Part shown: piece after piece, positions 37,754 through 47,082 of the stretch
Numbering within the stretch: position 1 is the first letter of the stretch
How the letters are laid out: each line of letters opens with the position of its first letter
Assembly: GCA_031459625.1 (NCBI GenBank)
Contig: JAVKIH010000002.1
Location: 137,272 to 201,271 of the forward strand
Direction: 5' to 3'
Source: Candidatus Geohabitans tengchongensis
GTDB taxonomy: Bacteria > Sysuimicrobiota > Sysuimicrobiia > Sysuimicrobiales > Humicultoraceae
Length of the DNA stretch: 64,000 bases
Program-made: the position numbers and the translations under genes
The notes under the pieces: generated by a model
The model's input: the letters and a program-made list of their open reading frames with translations, nothing else
The model's database searches: none
What the model was told of the DNA's origin: nothing

Positions 37754-37795
37754 TTGGTCAGACCAATTCTAGCGCCTCATTACCGACATCGGCAA
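37754..37795 (-). promoter_or_regulatory. gntR promoter (TTGCCG-N18-TAGAAT) with perfect FadR-type operator TTGGTCAGACCAA
   Basis: Palindrome at 37754-37766 abutting the -10 at 37766-37771. Confidence 0.75.
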
Positions 37796-37797
37796 TT

Positions 37798-37811
37798 CGA
37801 ACACTTGTTCA
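37798..37811. promoter_or_regulatory. Possible LexA (SOS) box CGAAC-ACTT-GTTC
   Basis: Exact GAAC-N4-GTTC immediately upstream of the gntR -35. Confidence 0.4.
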
Positions 37812-37887
37812 ATAAAGGTGGTATCTCACGGTGGGCCCCTCGGGGCCACCGCAATGCGGGTGACTCATACACCGTCCGTGGGAACGA

Positions 37888-39834
37888 TCAGGTGTCGATC
37901 AAGCCCGGATCGCCAGCAGCGTCCGCCTGCCGCATCTCCGTGTCAGCTCCAACCGGCGCGTCAGCCTCCATCGGTGACGGCTGGCTCCGCCCTGACCCTG
38001 GTGGCGCGCCCAGCGGCATCGGGGGGGGCATGTGGCTGCCTGGGGAACGCCCTGCGTTTGCCCCCACCTCACCCGCGCCCGGCATCATGGGCTCCGCGGA
38101 GGGGGTGTCGGCTCCGCCTGCCTGTCGCACCACCAGCGTCCGCAGCCGGTTGATGGCTGCGGCCACCTCGAACCGCCGCGGCCGCGCGTAGTCGCCCGGG
38201 TGGCCCTCGAAGGTGGAGAGGACCTCGAGCCCGCGCCGGTCGATGTCCGCCATGAGCGCGTCCAGCACCTGGCTCAGCGTGCGGGTGCCGTCGAAGTACT
38301 CCTGCTCCAGGGCGTAGAAGATGGCGTCCCCGATGGCCCGGGTCTGGCTCTCGTCCACCACCTGCTCCACGGCGGAGAGGTCGATGACATCACGCCCGAA
38401 GACGATGGTCCGCAGCCCCCGGGCGTTCACCCGTACCCGCCGCCCCCGGTAGGGGTTGAACCCCTGCGGGAGGGGCAGACGCGGGCGGGGCGGGCCGAAG
38501 GGCCGTCCCTCCGGCACGCGCCGGTCCCCGTGCTCGGCCGCCAGCCGCCGGGCCTCCTCCGTCACCACCCGGGGCACGAAGTGGTCCATGAGGATGACCG
38601 TGTCGGCCACCCCCAAATAATCCCCCGACCCGCCGATCACCAGGATGGTGGAGACACCCAGGGCGTCGCGCAGGTGGCGCACCTGGTCGACGAAGGGGGT
38701 GATCGGCTCCAGCGCCTTCGGGACGAGCCGCTGCATCAGCTCGTCACGGATCATGAAGTTGGTGGCACAGGTGTCCTCGTCCATCAGGAGGACCTGCGCA
38801 CCCACCTCGAGCGCCTCCATGATGTTGGCGGCCTGGGAGGTGCTGCCGCTGGCGTTGTCGGTGGAGAACGCGGTCGTCTCCACCCCGCCGGGCAGGGTGC
38901 CGATGAAGGGGCTGATGTCCACCCGGGCGATCCGGCGGCCGTCTTCAGCCCGGATCTTCACCGCCCCGGGGAGCGTGACGACGTACTCCCGCCCGTCGCC
39001 GGGGACGTGCGGGTAGACGCCGCGGACGAGGGCGCGGAGCAAGGTGGATTTCCCGTGAAAGCCGCCGCCGACAATCAGGGTGATCCCCCGCGGGATGCCC
39101 ATGCCCGTGACCGGGCCACGGTTGGGCGCGTGCAGGGTGACGCGGAGCCCCTCCGGGGCGCGGAAGGGCACGGCACGGTGGGCGGGCAGGGGGAGCTCGG
39201 AGACGCCGCTCTCCCGCGGGAGGATGGCGCCCTCGGCGACCAAGGCGACGAGCCCGTGCTCGCGCAGGGCAGCCTGCAGGGCGGCGTGGTCCTCGGCGAC
39301 CTCGACGTGCCGGCGGGCCGCCGCCCCATCGAGCCGCGACCAGTACAGGGCCGCCTCCAGCGCGCGCGGGAGCTCGTCGAAGAAGAGGGCTGTCGCGTCT
39401 TTGGGCAGCGGCCGGCGGCCCTCCGCGGGGAGCCCTGCCGCCAGTCGCACCTCCACGTACTCCTCCGTCAGCCGGACGGCGGTGCGCTCGAGGATCTCCT
39501 GCCCCCCGGCGTCCACCGTCACCTGCCCGGACCGGCCCGCGCCCCGACGCGGCCGGACATGCGCCCGCAGCGCCTCGGCCATGCGGCGCCCCAGGAAGTC
39601 CTCCAGGGCCACCCGTCGGACCCGCGTGGCCCACAGCTCCGGAGGGAGCTGGGCTTCGGCCATGTCGACCCGGATCCGGAGCAGGGAGGGCGGGGCGAAG
39701 GGGTCGGGCTGGACGTGGTCGATGTAGAGGACGTGGCGGGGGAAACGGTAGGCCCCCATCAGGGCCTTGTACGCTCCATAGCCCTTCCCCTCGATGGTCA
39801 GGAGCTTGTCGCGGAGGCGTTCCGCCGGCAGCAT
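37888..39834 (-). CDS. Predicted ATPase of the ABC class (ABC-ATPase domain protein)
   Basis: IDHVQ.DPFAPPS, GGGFHGKST, ASGSTSQAA, DEDTCATNFMIRD, AAINRLR. Confidence 0.88.
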   Translation of the reverse strand: MLPAERLRDKLLTIEGKGYGAYKALMGAYRFPRHVLYIDHVQPDPFAPPSLLRIRVDMAEAQLPPELWATRVRRVALEDFLGRRMAEALRAHVRPRRGAGRSGQVTVDAGGQEILERTAVRLTEEYVEVRLAAGLPAEGRRPLPKDATALFFDELPRALEAALYWSRLDGAAARRHVEVAEDHAALQAALREHGLVALVAEGAILPRESGVSELPLPAHRAVPFRAPEGLRVTLHAPNRGPVTGMGIPRGITLIVGGGFHGKSTLLRALVRGVYPHVPGDGREYVVTLPGAVKIRAEDGRRIARVDISPFIGTLPGGVETTAFSTDNASGSTSQAANIMEALEVGAQVLLMDEDTCATNFMIRDELMQRLVPKALEPITPFVDQVRHLRDALGVSTILVIGGSGDYLGVADTVILMDHFVPRVVTEEARRLAAEHGDRRVPEGRPFGPPRPRLPLPQGFNPYRGRRVRVNARGLRTIVFGRDVIDLSAVEQVVDESQTRAIGDAIFYALEQEYFDGTRTLSQVLDALMADIDRRGLEVLSTFEGHPGDYARPRRFEVAAAINRLRTLVVRQAGGADTPSAEPMMPGAGEVGANAGRSPGSHMPPPMPLGAPPGSGRSQPSPMEADAPVGADTEMRQADAAGDPGLIDT

Positions 39835-39844
39835 CCTCCGAGGG

Positions 39845-41038
39845 TCAGGACCGCCCCAGCAACCTGATGGCCACCTGGGCGTAGAAGGTCGCGGCGGTCA
39901 TCACATCGTCCAGGTCGACGTACTCGTCCGACGCGTGGGCCAGCTCGGGGATGCCGGGGCCGAAGAGGATCGTCTCCACACCCCGCACGCTGAAGAAGCG
40001 GCCGTCGCTGGCCTGCTGGTAGCCCACCGGGCTGGGGTCCAGGCCCAGGGTGATGGCCGCCTCCTGGGCCGCCCGCACCAGCAGGGCCTCGGGAGAGGTC
40101 TCCACCGGCGGTCCCGTCTGAATGGGCTCGACGGTGACGTCCAGGTCCGGGTCCTCGTGCCGCAGGCGGGCGATCACGCGGTCGATCTCGGCCAGGGCCT
40201 CCTGCGGGCTCTCCTCCGGGAGGGTCCGGCGGTCGATGGTCGCCTCGCACCGGTCGGGCACGACATTCGTGGCGATGCCGCCGCGAATCGTCCCGAAGCT
40301 CAGTGAGGGCGGCGGCGTGAGCGGGTGGGTGCGCCGGGCCAGCGCCGTCCCGATCTCGGCGTCCAGCGCCGCCAGCACGCGGACCATCGAGCGGATGGCG
40401 TTCACGCCCGTCCAGGGCGTGGAGCCGTGCGCCGTGCGCCCCCGCGTGACCAGGCGGACCCAGAGCACGCCCTTCTCGGCGATGGCGATGCGGTTGTTGG
40501 TCACCTCCCCCACGATGACGCGGTCGGGGCGCAGGAAGCCGCGCGTGACCAGCATCTCCGTGCCGCGCGCTCCGCCCACCTCTTCGTCGCTGACGAGGGC
40601 GAGGAGCAGCGAACCGGCCAGCGGGACGGCCAGGCGCGCCAGCGTCTCCACCGCCACCACCATCGCCGCCGCACACCCCTTGGGGTCGCCGGCACCGAGC
40701 CCGTACAGCCGCGTGCCTACCAGCTGCGCGGCGAAGGGCGGGTGCCGCCACGCTCCAGGGTCGCCCGGGGGGACGGTGTCCAGGTGGGTGAGGAGGAGCA
40801 GCTCCGGCCGGCCGCGGCCGAGCCGCAGGAGCAGGTTGGGCTTCTTGGGCTCGTCGGCCAGAATCTGGAAGTCGAGGCCGGCGCTGCGCAGCCGGGACGC
40901 CACCAGGTCCACGGCGCGGCGCGTGTCCCCGGGCGGGTTGGTCGTGTCGGTGCGCACGAGCGCCCCCAGCAGCCCGCACAGCGTGGGCCGCTGTCGGGCG
41001 ATCTCGGCCGTGACATCGGGGACGGTGACCTGGGCCAT
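39845..41038 (-). CDS. M20 metallopeptidase, ArgE/DapE family
   Basis: HLDTVP, G.GA.DPKG, SDEE, GE, AHGS, AH..DE. Confidence 0.9.
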   Translation of the reverse strand: MAQVTVPDVTAEIARQRPTLCGLLGALVRTDTTNPPGDTRRAVDLVASRLRSAGLDFQILADEPKKPNLLLRLGRGRPELLLLTHLDTVPPGDPGAWRHPPFAAQLVGTRLYGLGAGDPKGCAAAMVVAVETLARLAVPLAGSLLLALVSDEEVGGARGTEMLVTRGFLRPDRVIVGEVTNNRIAIAEKGVLWVRLVTRGRTAHGSTPWTGVNAIRSMVRVLAALDAEIGTALARRTHPLTPPPSLSFGTIRGGIATNVVPDRCEATIDRRTLPEESPQEALAEIDRVIARLRHEDPDLDVTVEPIQTGPPVETSPEALLVRAAQEAAITLGLDPSPVGYQQASDGRFFSVRGVETILFGPGIPELAHASDEYVDLDDVMTAATFYAQVAIRLLGRS

Positions 41039-41058
41039 CGGACAGGGTGCCTCCGTGG

Positions 41059-42438
41059 CTAGGGTCGCGGGGACTGCGCCACCGTCGGTACCCGGCCGGC
41101 GGCCACCCGCTGCCGGGCGAGCTGCACCGCCCGGGCCAGCGGCGGGTCCACCCCCCGCTCCAGATCCTCGACGGTGAGCTCCAGGGTGACGTGCGGGGTC
41201 ACGCCCTCGCGCTCCAGCCGGGCGCCCTTCGCCGAGCGCATCCGCAGGATCGTCACCGAGAGCGCCGAGCCGTCGGAGAGGCGGTAGAGCGTGCTCGCCT
41301 CCACGGCGCCGGCCGTCTTCGTCCCCACGATCAGGGCCCGCCCGTGCTCCTTCAACGCCGCGGCCAGCAGCTCGGCCGCCGACGCGCTGCCCTCGTCCAC
41401 CAGGACCACCATCGGCACCGTCCGCGGCAGGAAGGCCGGCGCCCGGGTGCGCACGACCGTCGTCTGCCCGCCCCGCGTCGTCTCCTGGTAGATGGGGAGC
41501 CCCGCCGGGAGCAGCAGGTTCAGCGTCCCGCGCAGCTCGTGGAGGAAGCCGCCGCTGTTGCCGCGCACGTCCAGCACCAGCGCCCGCATCCCCTGCCCGA
41601 GCAGCCGCCCCAGCGCGGCCCGCATCTCCGCCGTCGTCCCCTCGACGAACTGGTAGAGCTGGACGTAGCCGATGCCGGGCTGGACCATCTCCGCGGCGAA
41701 GACGGAGGGCATCTCGATGGGCGCCCGCACCACGGTCACGACGAGCGGCGTGGGGCGGCCGGGACGCTGCAGGGTCAGCGTCACCGCCGTCCCCTCGGGA
41801 CCGCGGATCAGGTTCACCACCTGGTCCACCTCCAGGCCGCTGGTGGAGACATCGCCGACGCGCAGGATGCGGTCGAACCGTCGCACGCCGGCGCGCTGGG
41901 CCGGGGTGTTGGGGATGACGTCCCGCACGTAGAAGCGCCCCTCGTTCGGCAGCAGCACGATGCCGACACCGGAGAAGAAGGCCTCGCGGCGCTGCTTGCG
42001 CAGGCGCTCGGTGTACTGCTCCGGCGTCATGAAGCCTGTGTGGGAGTCGTTGAAGGCGGCGGTCATCCCGCGGATGGCGGCGTAGGCCAGCGCCTGGGCC
42101 GAGAGCTTCCCCTGGACCGCCGCCTGTGCGGCGTCGAAGCGGGCGCGGAAAAGGCGGTCCGCCTCGCCGTCGGTGGTCCCCGGCGGCAGGGGCTCGAGGG
42201 TGACGGTCACGCCGGCCGCGGCCAGCGCCCGCTCCAGAGTGGTCAGCGCCGCGTTCAGCAGCCGCACGCGGTCGACCGGGTCGACGTAGTGCTGGTCGAG
42301 CACCCCGAGGGCCTCCAGGACCAGCCCGGCGTCGGCAGGTGCGGCCTGCCCCCGGCCGACATGCGGCGCCAGGAGCAGGCCCGCAGCCAGGACCACCCCG
42401 AGGGCCAGGACCTGCCACGGCGCAGCCCGTCGCTTCAC
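41059..42438 (-). CDS. S41 C-terminal processing protease (with PDZ)
   Basis: Signal peptide, GVGI PDZ, LDVRGNSGG, SASAAE, GVTP. Confidence 0.9.
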   Translation of the reverse strand: MKRRAAPWQVLALGVVLAAGLLLAPHVGRGQAAPADAGLVLEALGVLDQHYVDPVDRVRLLNAALTTLERALAAAGVTVTLEPLPPGTTDGEADRLFRARFDAAQAAVQGKLSAQALAYAAIRGMTAAFNDSHTGFMTPEQYTERLRKQRREAFFSGVGIVLLPNEGRFYVRDVIPNTPAQRAGVRRFDRILRVGDVSTSGLEVDQVVNLIRGPEGTAVTLTLQRPGRPTPLVVTVVRAPIEMPSVFAAEMVQPGIGYVQLYQFVEGTTAEMRAALGRLLGQGMRALVLDVRGNSGGFLHELRGTLNLLLPAGLPIYQETTRGGQTTVVRTRAPAFLPRTVPMVVLVDEGSASAAELLAAALKEHGRALIVGTKTAGAVEASTLYRLSDGSALSVTILRMRSAKGARLEREGVTPHVTLELTVEDLERGVDPPLARAVQLARQRVAAGRVPTVAQSPRP

Positions 42439-42568
42439 GTCGCTCCTCCCATCAGCGCAGCCGCCTCCGCGCCGCGCACGGTCTCGACCCTCCCGCCCTC
42501 ATCCCGCGGACGGCGCCGGTCCCGCACACCGCCGCCCGTCCACCGCCGCGCTCACGGTGCCAGCCCCC

Positions 42569-43297
42569 TCACAGCGCCGGCCGGAAGGGCAGCAGCCGGA
42601 AGAGCCAGGCGTTCACCGTATACACGAGGTCGGTCACCAGCGCCAGCCCCATGACCACCAGGAAGGCGCCGCTCAGCGCCGTCGTCGGTCCGGTCAGGCG
42701 GCGCAGGACGCCGAGCGTGTCGAACGCCAGGACGAGCGCCGCGGCGGTGACGAGGAACGGCACCCCCAGCCCGAGCGAGTAGGCGAAGAGCAACGTCGCG
42801 CCCGTCGCGGCATCCTGCTGCGTCGCCGCCAGCGTCAGCACCGCCGCCAGCACCGGCCCCACGCACGGCGTCCAGGCGAAGCCGAAGGCCATCCCCACGG
42901 GGATCGCCCCCAGCAGGCCAACGGGGCGGTGGGTCAGGCGGATGCGTCGCTCCCGCAGGAGGAACGGCGCACGGGTCAGCACCGCCACCCCCAGGAGGAG
43001 GACCACGGCCCCACCCACGCGGCTCAGCCAGACCCGGTTGGTCAGGACGAAGCCGCCGACCACCGAGGCCGACGCCCCCAGCGCCGTGAACACCAGGGCA
43101 AACCCCAGGACGAAGAGGGCCGTGGCGCTGAGCACGCGGGCCAGGTGACGGCGGCGCTCCCGCGGGTCCAGCGCGGGGAGCGCGACCCCCGAGACGAACG
43201 AGACGTAGCCGGGGATGAGGGGGACGATGCAGGGCGACAGGAACCCCAGCACGCCCGCCGCGAAGGCGACGAGGATGCCGACCTCAGCCACGTTCAC
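42569..43297 (-). CDS. ccdA: Cytochrome c biogenesis thiol-disulfide transporter CcdA
   Basis: FLSPCIVPLIP and WTPCVGP. Confidence 0.9.
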   Translation of the reverse strand: MNVAEVGILVAFAAGVLGFLSPCIVPLIPGYVSFVSGVALPALDPRERRRHLARVLSATALFVLGFALVFTALGASASVVGGFVLTNRVWLSRVGGAVVLLLGVAVLTRAPFLLRERRIRLTHRPVGLLGAIPVGMAFGFAWTPCVGPVLAAVLTLAATQQDAATGATLLFAYSLGLGVPFLVTAAALVLAFDTLGVLRRLTGPTTALSGAFLVVMGLALVTDLVYTVNAWLFRLLPFRPAL

Positions 43298-43429
43298 ACG
43301 CTCTCGAGCCCCTCTCCGCCTCGCCCCCAGCCTTCCCGCGCCATTCTAGCACCGCCACGCCGCTTCGCTCTGGCACCGGCGCTCCGCTCGTGCAACGGCG
43401 CTGGGGCCGCCGGTGTTCCTGGGTACGTG

Positions 43430-44203
43430 CTACGCCGGCTTCAGCCGCACCGGCGCGCCCGGCCCGAGACCTAGCACCGCCGCGGCGCTCCCCTCCCGGA
43501 CCGCGACCTCCACGAGGCCGTCGCTGCCCGCCAGCACGAGGAGTTCTCCCGTCACCCCCTCGCCGTACGTCCGCCGCACCGCCACCTCCCGCGTGCTGCC
43601 CGGCGTCTCCAGGCGGAGGGCGCCGGCCCCGGGCAGCAGGGTCGCGGGGATGCTGGTGATCAGGTTCCCGAAGGGGTCGATGTAGAGGACCTCGCCGACC
43701 AGATCCTCCCCCTCCCGCCGCCCCACGGCCCAGGCGAGGTCGACGAGGTCCGTGACCGGCACGCCCAGGCGGTCGGGAAGTTCTCCCGCCAGCAGGCGGG
43801 CGGCGGCCGGGGCAAACAGGTCCCGCCCGTGGAACGTCGTGGAGGCACCCGGGAGCGCCACACCCGGGTCAAGGGTCCAGGCCTGCGGCCGCCCCAGACG
43901 GCGAGCCGCGGGGAGCAGCAGCCCGTTGTCCGGCCCGACGAAGAGGTGCCCCCCGCTGCGGACCACCAGCGGGCGGCGGGCGGTACCGACGCCGGGATCC
44001 ACCACGGCCAGGTGGACCGTGCCCGGCGGGCAGAACGGCGCCACCGCGGCGAGCAGGTAGGCCCCCTGCCGGACGTCGTGGCGCGGCACGTCGTGGGTGA
44101 TGTCCAGGAAGAGCGCCTCCACCCGCGCGGCCACGACGGCTTTCATCGCGGCCGGGTAGGGCGAGGCGGACCCGAAGTCGGAGAGCAGGGTGAGCAGCCG
44201 CAT
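43430..44203 (-). CDS. DUF62 SAM hydrolase / chlorinase-fluorinase family
   Basis: LLSDFG, DITH, VVDPGVGT, STTFHGRD, IDPFGN. Confidence 0.9.
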   Translation of the reverse strand: MRLLTLLSDFGSASPYPAAMKAVVAARVEALFLDITHDVPRHDVRQGAYLLAAVAPFCPPGTVHLAVVDPGVGTARRPLVVRSGGHLFVGPDNGLLLPAARRLGRPQAWTLDPGVALPGASTTFHGRDLFAPAAARLLAGELPDRLGVPVTDLVDLAWAVGRREGEDLVGEVLYIDPFGNLITSIPATLLPGAGALRLETPGSTREVAVRRTYGEGVTGELLVLAGSDGLVEVAVREGSAAAVLGLGPGAPVRLKPA

Positions 44204-44238
44204 CCCGTGTCAGCCAGCCGACGCCCGGGAGCCGTGCA

Positions 44239-45039
44239 TCACCGCTGGCAGGTGGGGCACCAGAACGACGGACGGCCGCCCAGGCGCCCCTGCCGGATCG
44301 GCGTGCCGTCGCGCGGGCAGGGCTGGCCGGCCCGCCCGTAGACCGCCAGCGGGAACCGCCCGTGCCGTCCGCGGGCGTCGACGAAGTCCGGCTCGCCGCC
44401 CAGGCGGACGGCTTCGCGCAGCACGGTGCGCACTGCGTCGTAGAGCGCCGCCCGCTCGGCCTCACCGAGGGACTCCACCGGCCGGTGGGGCGCCAGGCCG
44501 GCCCGGTGGGCGATTTCGTGAGCCCAGAGGTTGCCGATCCCGGCAACGCGCGCCTGGTCGGTGAGGACCGTCCAGACGGCGCCCCGGGCCCCCGCCAGGC
44601 GCGCCTCGAAGGCGGAGCGCGTGAAGGCGCGGCTCAGCGGGTCGATCCCCAGCTCCTCGACGCCGGGCACCTCGTGGTCCCGCAGCCGCACCAGGTGGAT
44701 CTCGCTGAGCTGCAGCTCCCGGAACTCAAGGGCGCTGCCGTCATCGAAGGTGAGGAGGAGCGCGGTCTCCCGGTCGGGAGCGGGAGGGCGCCGGTGGAGC
44801 CGCACCGCGCCCCAGAGTTTGAAGTGGAAGCGCAGCGCGTGCCCGTCCACACGCAAGACGAGCGACTTCCCCAGCCGTTCCAGGCGCTCCACGCGCTTCC
44901 CGCGCAGCGCCCGCGCCAGGGCGGGGGCAGTGTGGGTGCGCACCGCCACCGGCCGCAACACCTCCACCGCGGTGATGCGCCGGCCCAGGATGGGGCGCAG
45001 GGTGCGGCGGGCGGTCTCGACCTCGGGCAGCTCGGGCAC
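44239..45039 (-). CDS. Fpg/Nei DNA glycosylase (copy 2)
   Basis: PELPEVE, GIGNLWAHE H2TH, CPRD...CPTCQ. Confidence 0.88.
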   Translation of the reverse strand: MPELPEVETARRTLRPILGRRITAVEVLRPVAVRTHTAPALARALRGKRVERLERLGKSLVLRVDGHALRFHFKLWGAVRLHRRPPAPDRETALLLTFDDGSALEFRELQLSEIHLVRLRDHEVPGVEELGIDPLSRAFTRSAFEARLAGARGAVWTVLTDQARVAGIGNLWAHEIAHRAGLAPHRPVESLGEAERAALYDAVRTVLREAVRLGGEPDFVDARGRHGRFPLAVYGRAGQPCPRDGTPIRQGRLGGRPSFWCPTCQR

Positions 45040-45041
45040 GG

Positions 45042-45908
45042 CTAGCGCAGGAGGCGGGAGAGGCGGCGGTCGGCGTAGACCTTGCCGCCGGTCTGGCAGG
45101 TCGGACAGTAGGTCGTCTCGTGCTCGGCGTAGTAGACGGCGGCAAGGAGCGTCCCGCAACGCGGGCAGGGCTCGCGGGCGTGGCGGTGGACGCGCAGCAG
45201 GTCGAGCGGCTCGCGCTGCGGCCAGGTGCCGGCGAAGCGGCGGCGGTGCGCCTCCACCGCCCGGTCGAGCACGATGCGGACGGCCTCGTAGAGGCGGCGG
45301 CGGGCTGCGTCATCCAGCGTGGCGGTGATGGCGAAGGGGGAGCAGCGGGCCTCCCAGAGGATCTCGTCGGCATAGGCGTTGCCGATGCCGGCCAGGAACG
45401 TCTGCGTGGTGAGGAAGCGCTTGGCCTGGGTGCGCGCCCGGTCCAGGAGGGCGTCCAGCACGTCGGGAGTGAAGGCCGCCTCCAGCGGCTCCACGCCCAA
45501 CGCCGCGACCGGCTCGAGGCGCTCCGCCTCGGCGGTGGGGCGCACCCACAGCCCCGCCCGCTTCCTGGGGCCCGGCTCGACCAGGCGCACCTCTTCGCCG
45601 CCGTCCAGCCGCAGCACGAGGGCGACGTCGCGCGCCGGCCGGCGCGCGCCCGGGGCGAGCAGCAGACGGCCATCGCGCTTCAGGTGGAGGATCAGGGTCA
45701 GTCCCCCGCTCAGGTCGAGGAGGAGGAGCTTCCCGCGGCGGCGCGCGGCCTCCACGCGGCGGGGCGGCACGGCCGCGACGCTGCCGAGCGGCGGCTCCAC
45801 GGTCTTGAGCAGGGAGGGGGCCAGGACGTGGACGCCGGTGACGGGGCGGCCGACGACCTTCGCCCTGAGCGTCTCCACCAGGACCTGCACGAAGGGCAGC
45901 TCAGGCAT
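45042..45908 (-). CDS. Fpg/Nei DNA glycosylase (copy 1)
   Basis: MPELPF, RRGK, GIGNAYADE, CPRC...CPTCQ, ADRRLSRLL. Confidence 0.9.
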   Translation of the reverse strand: MPELPFVQVLVETLRAKVVGRPVTGVHVLAPSLLKTVEPPLGSVAAVPPRRVEAARRRGKLLLLDLSGGLTLILHLKRDGRLLLAPGARRPARDVALVLRLDGGEEVRLVEPGPRKRAGLWVRPTAEAERLEPVAALGVEPLEAAFTPDVLDALLDRARTQAKRFLTTQTFLAGIGNAYADEILWEARCSPFAITATLDDAARRRLYEAVRIVLDRAVEAHRRRFAGTWPQREPLDLLRVHRHAREPCPRCGTLLAAVYYAEHETTYCPTCQTGGKVYADRRLSRLLR

Positions 45909-45929
45909 GGCGCGCGGCCGCCGCCTCCC

Positions 45930-46586
45930 TCACCGGCGCAGGCTGAGCGTCACCCCGTCGTGCAGCGGCAGGATCACGGAGAGGAGCGCGGGATCGCTGA
46001 AGGCGCGCGCGTTGTAGGCGCGGACGCCCTCCCGGGCCTCCTCGTCCCAGAACCCCGGGCCCGAGCCGGGGATGACCTCTCCCCCGAGGAGGGCGTTGTC
46101 CGCCAGGATGAGGCCGCCCGGCGTGGTCAGGCGCAGGGCGTGCTCGAGGTAGGCGGGGTACTCGGCCTTCACCGCATCCAGGAAGATCAGGCCGAAGCCG
46201 GGGTCCAGCTGGGGCAGCACGTCCAGGGCGGCACCCACGCGCACCTCCACCACCTCCGCCAGCCCCGCCTCCGCCAGATTGCGCCGCGCCCGCGCCGCCA
46301 TGGACTCGCGCAGCTCCACGGTGAGCAGCCGGCCGCCCGTCTCGCGCAGCGCGCGGCCCATCCAGATGGCGGCGTACCCGATGGCGGTGCCCACCTCCAG
46401 GGCCCGCGCCGGGCGGGTCGCCCCGATCAGGGCCGCCAGGAGGTGGCCGACGTGGGGGCCGGAGATGGGGATGCGCTCCTCGCGCGCCTGGGCCTCCAGA
46501 TCGGCCAGCAACGGGTCGCGTGGAGGCAGCAGGCCATCGAGGTAGGCGTTGAGTCGCGCTTCGAGCACGTCCGGCATGCGCGCCAT
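45930..46586 (-). CDS. SAM-dependent O-methyltransferase (caffeoyl-CoA/YrrM-like)
   Basis: LEVGTAIGY, FLDAVKAEY, ADNAL, LPLHDG. Confidence 0.88.
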   Translation of the reverse strand: MARMPDVLEARLNAYLDGLLPPRDPLLADLEAQAREERIPISGPHVGHLLAALIGATRPARALEVGTAIGYAAIWMGRALRETGGRLLTVELRESMAARARRNLAEAGLAEVVEVRVGAALDVLPQLDPGFGLIFLDAVKAEYPAYLEHALRLTTPGGLILADNALLGGEVIPGSGPGFWDEEAREGVRAYNARAFSDPALLSVILPLHDGVTLSLRR

Positions 46587-46784
46587 ACGGCAGCCTCACG
46601 CCCGCACGATTGGGGCGTCACCGGAAGGCGGCACCCCTGGGGGGACGGCACTACGGTAGCGCGGCCGGTCGTACCCGTACAGCCACGGGAACGATAGTGG
46701 AGAAGCGAGGGGGGGTGGAGGAGCGCCCGGACACCCACCCCATCGCCGGGGCCGCGACCCGGCCACCGGCCAGGTCGCGGTGAA

Positions 46785-46830
46785 GGAGGCAACGGGACCC
46801 GGCACCCGCAGGAGGTGCCGGGCTCGCCTC
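46785..46830 (-). terminator. GC-rich hairpin downstream of the small secreted protein gene
   Basis: ggaggc..cccggcacc-loop-ggtgccggg..gcctcc; no U tract. Confidence 0.4.
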
Positions 46831-46851
46831 CACGCCCGGGCCTGCTCTTGC

Positions 46852-47082
46852 CTAACGCCCGGCCTGCTGGCGGACGATCCGCTCCGCCTCGGCCCGGCTG
46901 ATCCAGTTGCCCGTCTGCTGGAAGACCAGCCAGCGCAGGTAGCCCGGCAGCGACATGTACATCGTCTGCTGGCTGAACGGCTCCAGCGTGCTGACGTTGG
47001 GCACCTGCTGCGCGGCGGCCCCCTGCACCAGCAGGGCGCCCACGACGAGCGCCGCGAGGACAAGGGACGCCAGGACTCGCAT
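46852..47082 (-). CDS. Small secreted hypothetical protein (76 aa)
   Basis: GGAGGT RBS, Sec signal (..AAAQ), mature part PFSQQTMYMSLPGYLRWLVFQQTGNWISRAEAERIV. Confidence 0.8.
   Translation of the reverse strand: MRVLASLVLAALVVGALLVQGAAAQQVPNVSTLEPFSQQTMYMSLPGYLRWLVFQQTGNWISRAEAERIVRQQAGR

Noticed and set aside
43430..44203. DUF62 protein as a halogenase for a natural-product cluster
   Set aside because: Housekeeping context with no biosynthetic genes; most family members are SAM hydrolases.
46600..46720. CCGGAAGG-containing intergenic segment considered as SRP RNA or another ncRNA
   Set aside because: Lacks the CAGG...GGAAGCAG symmetric-loop context; no convincing known fold.
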